Of a stretch of 64,000 bases of DNA, positions 58,970 to 64,000 are shown in pieces. The number at the start of each line of letters is the position of its first letter. Within the stretch, counting starts at the first letter, position 1. The notes beneath the pieces are model-generated. The model saw only the letters and a program-made list of their open reading frames with translations, was not told the DNA's origin and searched no databases. A program made the position numbers and the translations under genes. Source of the DNA: Candidatus Aenigmatarchaeota archaeon (GTDB taxonomy: Archaea > Aenigmatarchaeota > Aenigmatarchaeia > QMZP01 > QMZT01); assembly GCA_963726265.1 (NCBI GenBank), contig CAVSBQ010000002.1, positions 896,001-960,000 of the forward strand, in the 5' to 3' direction.

Positions 58970-59566
58970 TTAAAATGGAACCTTTTTTTCCAGCTTATCA
59001 ATTTCTTCGTGCGTGCTATTTAAAATATCTTGATAGTGTCCCTTTATCCCCGTTTTCTTCTCCGAGGATACTTGTTCATATATATACTGGATATTATGTT
59101 CAATCATCTCCGCTTCGCTTTTGTATTCGCCAAAGGGGTTAACCTGATCTACAGCGCCTGCAACAGAAAAAATACTTCTCATACCTTCAATCGCACTCCC
59201 GTGCGCTGGGCCGTGGCCGCCCCCGCCTCCTCCCCCACCCCCTCCACCGCCTCTATATGTGATGAAGTAGATGAAGCCGAGGAACAGCAGCAAGAAGAAC
59301 CAGTATTTGCTGAGCATCACGAAAAAGCTGTAATAGCCCTGTAAAACTATGAAAGCGTAAATGCCGGCGGCGAGCACCGCCCTGAGGCCTTTGTGCTGAC
59401 CCATTATCTTGTTGGAGAGAATCCATACGAAAATTACTATGACCAGCGTCGGGAAGATGAAAAGGTAGAATAGCTGGTAAAGCGACCCCTGGCTGGCGTA
59501 TTCGGAAACGAGGCTTTGGTTTATTTTCAGGATGTCGACCAGCATTCCGAATATGTCCGTAGCCAT
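58970..59566 (-). CDS. membrane protein with poly-Gly linker and coiled-coil tail
   Basis: Three TM helices, G12 run. Confidence 0.7.
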   Translation of the reverse strand: MATDIFGMLVDILKINQSLVSEYASQGSLYQLFYLFIFPTLVIVIFVWILSNKIMGQHKGLRAVLAAGIYAFIVLQGYYSFFVMLSKYWFFLLLFLGFIYFITYRGGGGGGGGGGGGHGPAHGSAIEGMRSIFSVAGAVDQVNPFGEYKSEAEMIEHNIQYIYEQVSSEKKTGIKGHYQDILNSTHEEIDKLEKKVPF

Positions 59567-59603
59567 GTTAATTTATTAGGCAGACAGGTTTAAATTTATG
59601 GGA

Positions 59604-60558
59604 TTAATTAAGCAGCTCTGATGAATGATTTCCAAGCATGGCCTTCAGTCTTCTGTTTATCTCTTCATCTTGCCGTATGCCTTTCTGGTCACTCCGGTCG
59701 CTATGCCACAGCCGCTTTACGCAAAAAGCTCTGCTGTTGTTTCTGCTGAATAAGACTTTCAGTACTACCGCATGTTGGTGATTTCTCTCTTGCCGGCCCT
59801 CCGGGTAATAGCCGAGGCCTAACAAAGCGTCAGTGAAACCTTCCCATGTCTCGATGCACTCTTCCATGACTGGCATTGAGGTTGATCCCACACTTTTCCA
59901 CCATGTTTGCTATCCACCCGTAAAATTTATGAAGTGGCTTGAAGATTTTTTCATTGCCATACTAAATATGCCCAGCGTCAGAGCCATGTTGCGTGCGGCA
60001 TCATATTTGTCAACGGCCATGGCTATCTTTCGCTTTTTTACCTTTACCGTCGCCGCCTATTTCGCCTGATTGGCAGCGCGTAAAGTTCCCGTAACGCGGG
60101 TTCCTTTTATCTGCTCTGCTACGAGAAATCAGGGGCTTCTATGCCTTGATATCTTTTATCTTAAAGGGAGCCGATGTCGTCAGTCAGGGCATCGACTGCT
60201 TCTGTTGCGTTCACGAAATCGCTGAAGTGGGGATCTGTCAACGCCTTTTCCTGTCCGAAAACCAGCGTTTTGACATCGTTTATGTATTTATCAGAAGCTC
60301 CGAGGAAATGCGAATTCCCTTCACAATCGAATTTCATAATACAGCCATGTCTTATTCTGGACACCGAGCAAAATAACCCAGATGATCGGTTGATCTGTCT
60401 AGCACACCGCCCTGTCTGTTGGCCCACGTAATCGGGACGTATTTTAGAACATCATAAACTATTTCCCCGGCCAACCTGGGTACAGCTGTCGCTATCCTTT
60501 TAAGGCTATCCGGTCCAAATGACGCGTTTCCATGGCTCGAGTTTACATGACCTGACAT
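59604..60558 (-). pseudogene. fragmented hypothetical gene
   Basis: AGGTG SD and ATG at 60558, then a chain of short same-strand ORFs in changing frames. Confidence 0.4.
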
Positions 60559-60574
60559 GATCACACCTTTCTCT

Positions 60575-61054
60575 TTAGACGAATCCCCTTACACCTCTGA
60601 GTGAAGTATTGTTATAAATTTTTTCTGATACTTCGTCAGCCCATATTTCCTCGTTAACATAATCCGGAACTTTTACCCATCCTTTGGCCTTTGCCCTATG
60701 AGCTCTTTCATGTAAAAGCACCTTGAAAGGATCATGGCCGTATTTTGTCGCATCCTTAGCTATCCTAATCTTGTCATCATCTTCTGTGTAAAGGCCGACA
60801 TGCTTTCCAGGAAGTCCGTAACGGTTTGCAATTCTCGTTACATCTTCAACATCAAGCAGCTCGACATCGGAATCTCCATCTACGTATCTGATTCCAGGAC
60901 CGTTCTTGCCGAATATGAAATCTTTTATGTATTTCCAGCCCTTTCCTGCTATTTCCAGAATCGGTTTGTATGGATTTTCAGTGAACTGTGGAAACGGCTG
61001 AGCACGTGCTACCGACTCTCCGCCTGAATAATTTTTAAATCTTTTTCTTGTCAT
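60575..61054 (-). CDS. small zincin-like metallopeptidase (ImmA/IrrE-like)
   Basis: GLY....IRI, LLHERAH (HExxH), EEIWAD. Confidence 0.6.
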   Translation of the reverse strand: MTRKRFKNYSGGESVARAQPFPQFTENPYKPILEIAGKGWKYIKDFIFGKNGPGIRYVDGDSDVELLDVEDVTRIANRYGLPGKHVGLYTEDDDKIRIAKDATKYGHDPFKVLLHERAHRAKAKGWVKVPDYVNEEIWADEVSEKIYNNTSLRGVRGFV

Positions 61055-61380
61055 CTCAAGCACCCTTTTCTGCTTCGTCTTTTTTATTTTCTCGTTTTTT
61101 ATTTTGTATAAATCTGAGATGCCACACCCTTTACCCTCATGGATGTGTTGTCTCTGATAAGTAATTAATTCTGGTATATATAAAGCTTTCTTCGGGGATT
61201 TTTCGATATGCATCGCCGCTGCTTTTGACGGGTAAGCGCTTCCTGGGCGTGGGCAAAGAAGGCTGGAAAAGCCTTATTTTCGCCAAAGCGGGCCGTAAAA
61301 CTTTATATAGCGAAAAAGGAATTATCTAGCGTAACTGTTTGAACTGACGTTGCAACGGTGTGAGAAATAGGGGATTAGAC

Positions 61381-61440
61381 GGCAACTTTTGGCGAAGTTG
61401 CCTTCGTGCGAACCCAATTCGTTTGGCGACGAAGAGGGTT
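61381..61440 (+). other. twin hairpins with identical TTGGCG loops in ftsZ2 upstream region
   Basis: GGCAACTT-TTGGCG-AAGTTGCC (61381-61402); AACCC..TTCGT-TTGGCG-ACGAA..GGGTT (61411-61440). Confidence 0.6.
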
Positions 61441-61608
61441 CATTGAATCTGATTTTCGTGTGTTACTCTTGAGTATAAGCTATTTCTTGGAAAATAATTG
61501 AAAAAAGAACATAAATACATTTCGCTTCCAGAAAACAGACGATTGGAAATATATTTTCCAGTGGAGTTTTCGGCGGCGGGATGGGTTGTAAAGGAGGGGT
61601 GAGTGAAA

Positions 61609-62946
61609 ATGGACGCAATTGAGGATAACGCGGGAGGAAACGCGGCCGAAGCTATGGCAGCCATAGACGCGGTAACAGCGGCCGCAGAAACGGCGCCAGC
61701 AGCCGTAGCCACAGAACCGGTAACGGTGGAAGCGGCACCTGTGATAGCAGAAGCAGCGCCAGTTGTGCAAGTTACGCTGGCTGCAGAGGCCGTGGTGGAA
61801 GCCATGCCGGTTGTGGTGAATGTCGCGCCTGCGAAGGCAGACGTACAGTTGAAGGAAGTGAAGGCTGCGAAAGCGACGGCGGCAGGCGAGTGCGTCGAGG
61901 ACAGGATAAAGGACGAATTCGGCCTCGAGATGATGAACGCCAAGATAATGGTCATGGGCGTCGGAGGGGGCGGCAGCAATACGGTGACGAGGCTGACTGA
62001 GCTCGGCATAAGCGGAGCGAAGACCATGGCGATAAACACGGACGCCAGGCATCTTGCGACTTCGAAGGCGCACGCGAAGTTCCTGCTAGGCAAGGATATC
62101 ACGCGCGGCCTCGGAGCGGGAGGCTACCCGGCGATAGGCAAGAAAGCCGCTGAAGAGAGCGAGCGCGACCTGCGCAAGATCCTGGAAGGGGTCGACATGC
62201 TGTTCCTCGTGGCCGGCATGGGCGGAGGAACCGGAACGGGCGCAGCGCCGGTCCTGGCAAGGATAGCGAAGGAGCAGGGCGCGATAGTGATAGCGAACGT
62301 GACCATGCCCTTCAAGGTCGAGGGCGCGAGGATGGGCAAGGCGGAAGACGGTTTATACAATCTTAGGCAGTATTGCGACACTGTTATAGCCATAGAGAAC
62401 GACCGCCTCCTGAGGATAGCGGGCAACTTCCCGCTGAAGCAGGCATTCTGCGTCGCGGACGACCTCGTGGCAGGCATGATAAAGGGGATAACGGAAACGA
62501 TTTCCATGCCTTCGCTGGTCAATCTCGACTACGCCGACGTGCGCGCGATAATGCATTCCGGCGGGGTCGCGACGGTCGGGTTCGGAGAGGCGGACTCGAA
62601 AGGCCGCGCCGAGAGCTGCATCGTAAGGGCCATGTCCAACCCGCTGCTGGACGTCGATTACCACGGCGGCACGGGCGCGCTTATCCACATCACGGGCGGG
62701 CCAGATCTCCGCCTGGACGAGGTGAGCCTGATAGGCGAATACGTGTCGAAGCAGCTGGACCCGGACGCGCAGGTCATATGGGGCGCCAGGATAGACCCGA
62801 GCTACGGCAACAAAATGAAAGTCATAACCATCGTGACGGGCGTCAAGTCGCCTTACATCATGGGCAAGTTCGGCTGCGAGAGGCATGCGGATTTGATGCC
62901 GGAGCGCAGCCTGCACGCGGAGCTTGGCATACCGCTGCTTGCGTAG
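61609..62946 (+). CDS. ftsZ: cell division protein FtsZ2 with ~100-aa low-complexity N-terminal extension
   Basis: GVGGGGSN, GLGAGGYP, GMGGGTGTG, NLDYAD; GGGGTGA SD. Confidence 0.94.
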   Translation: MDAIEDNAGGNAAEAMAAIDAVTAAAETAPAAVATEPVTVEAAPVIAEAAPVVQVTLAAEAVVEAMPVVVNVAPAKADVQLKEVKAAKATAAGECVEDRIKDEFGLEMMNAKIMVMGVGGGGSNTVTRLTELGISGAKTMAINTDARHLATSKAHAKFLLGKDITRGLGAGGYPAIGKKAAEESERDLRKILEGVDMLFLVAGMGGGTGTGAAPVLARIAKEQGAIVIANVTMPFKVEGARMGKAEDGLYNLRQYCDTVIAIENDRLLRIAGNFPLKQAFCVADDLVAGMIKGITETISMPSLVNLDYADVRAIMHSGGVATVGFGEADSKGRAESCIVRAMSNPLLDVDYHGGTGALIHITGGPDLRLDEVSLIGEYVSKQLDPDAQVIWGARIDPSYGNKMKVITIVTGVKSPYIMGKFGCERHADLMPERSLHAELGIPLLA

Positions 62947-63136
62947 AATCCCGGGAACGCACGGATGCTCAAGCCGGCAATCTGAGAAGCGCCAGGCAAG
63001 GCTTGCAGAAAGGGGAATATAGCGGGACAAGCGCAGCTCACCCCTCCGCCGTTTCGCTACCCATCCCTACCGCCTGCCTTTACTTTCTTTCATTTTCCGC
63101 TTTGTTTTTTTATGCAGGCCTGCCCAATTATTCCTC

Positions 63137-63538
63137 ATGAAGGGCCAGCTTTTCATGGTCGCCATAGTTTTCCTCATAGGCATGGTCTTCGTCGTGCAGC
63201 AGGCGCTTTTCACATATTCATCCATCGACGTTTCCCAGCCCTTCAACGCGAGGGGCGGCGGCCTTTTCCGGGACATGGTCGGGATAGTCAACCAGACGAT
63301 TAAGGATACCTATTACTGCAACGAGACCAGGGACAGCTTCCAGGACAGGCTCGATGACATAAAGACTTTGTTTCTCGCAGAGCACGGCAGGGAATATTCC
63401 ATAGAGTTCACCTATTCCCTAAACTGCTCGGCCTGGTCCAATGCTCAGCCGTCGCCTTCGCCGCTGCGCATAACCATAAGCGTAACCAGCCGCGGCAGCG
63501 ACACCAGGGGGACGTTCGATTTTTACCACAAACAATAA
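63137..63538 (+). CDS. class III signal peptide (pilin-like) protein
   Basis: MKGQ followed by hydrophobic helix. Confidence 0.65.
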   Translation: MKGQLFMVAIVFLIGMVFVVQQALFTYSSIDVSQPFNARGGGLFRDMVGIVNQTIKDTYYCNETRDSFQDRLDDIKTLFLAEHGREYSIEFTYSLNCSAWSNAQPSPSPLRITISVTSRGSDTRGTFDFYHKQ

Positions 63539-63564
63539 AAGGGGGTCGCCACCAATAATAAAGC

Positions 63565-63783
63565 ATGCTAGAACAAAACGAAAAACAGATTCTCGGCATT
63601 TTCGGCCAGCGCCTTCTCATCAGGAAGGACGAGCTCAGGTCCGTGCTGAACCAGAACGGCTTGAATGACGGCATCATGGTTGTCAACAGGCTTAGCGGGC
63701 TCGGCTACCTGAAAATGATAGAAGCCGTCGGGTCGCCATGCTACACGATAACCCAAGAGGGGCTTCGCGCCATCAAAAGCTGA
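63565..63783 (+). CDS. small winged-helix protein
   Basis: 72 aa; RLSGLGYL...YTITQEG wing motif. Confidence 0.6.
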   Translation: MLEQNEKQILGIFGQRLLIRKDELRSVLNQNGLNDGIMVVNRLSGLGYLKMIEAVGSPCYTITQEGLRAIKS

Positions 63784-63877
63784 AAACCCCTCTCACTTTC
63801 TTTTTTATTTCAAGCAAAACAAATCAGTTAATAGACAGCAGACCGACAGCCTGCTGCAGGCTGTCCTTCGAGACATC

Positions 63878-64000
63878 AGCCCCGTAGTCTAGTGGCCAAG
63901 GATACCAGGCTTTGGGTTCGCAAAGTCCAAAACTTTGAGCAGGCCTTGCCTGCCATGAAAGAAGAAACCTGGCGACGGCGGTTCAAATCCGCCCGGGGCT
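63878..64000 (+). tRNA. tRNA-Gln(TTG) with 51-nt intron (63916-63966) at 37/38
   Basis: AGCCCCG/CGGGGCT acceptor stem, CCAGG/CCTGG anticodon stem, anticodon at 63912-63914, CTTT:GAAG BHB-type helix. Confidence 0.92.

Noticed and set aside
59218..59253. C-rich tract as a regulatory repeat or G-quadruplex
   Set aside because: Explained by the poly-Gly codons of the minus-strand membrane protein
1..64000. CRISPR array, integrase, transposase, rRNA or provirus
   Set aside because: No regularly spaced repeats or recognisable motifs found; tRNAs show no duplicated att fragments within the window

Overview
This is a compact, GC-rich archaeal chromosome segment. The gene set and divergence suggest a DPANN lineage, possibly Aenigmarchaeota-like; that assignment is inference. 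Housekeeping content: a complete A-type ATP synthase operon (H-I-K-E-C-F-A-B-D); translation and transcription genes (aIF2alpha, aIF2beta, aIF5B, S15, S24e, S27e, L11, Rpo7, Spt4, Spt5, SecE, SRP54, HisRS, SerRS, Dph6, Rpp21, aMBF1); DNA repair and replication genes (PINA, NreA, EndoIII, EndoIV, RNase HI, GINS); two ftsZ paralogs; and two intron-containing tRNAs (Ile-GAT, Gln-TTG). AT-rich accessory cassettes of one to four genes sit between core genes, including two toxin-antitoxin modules with palindromic operators. Main observations: (1) orphan, synonymously diverged copies of the 3' ends of yjbQ, rnhA and dph6 flank accessory cassettes, indicating integrase-free cassette stacking with tail replacement; (2) a very AT-rich two-gene island encodes a proteasome-beta-like Ntn hydrolase and an unannotated 55-aa partner; (3) a kinase-less signalling cluster (membrane sensor, two STAS/SEC14-like proteins, HAMP/'GRELKM' coiled coil); (4) twin hairpins with identical loops upstream of an N-terminally extended FtsZ2; (5) a 51-aa stand-alone SWIB-like protein. 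Several frameshifts in essential genes fall in homopolymers and are probably sequencing errors.
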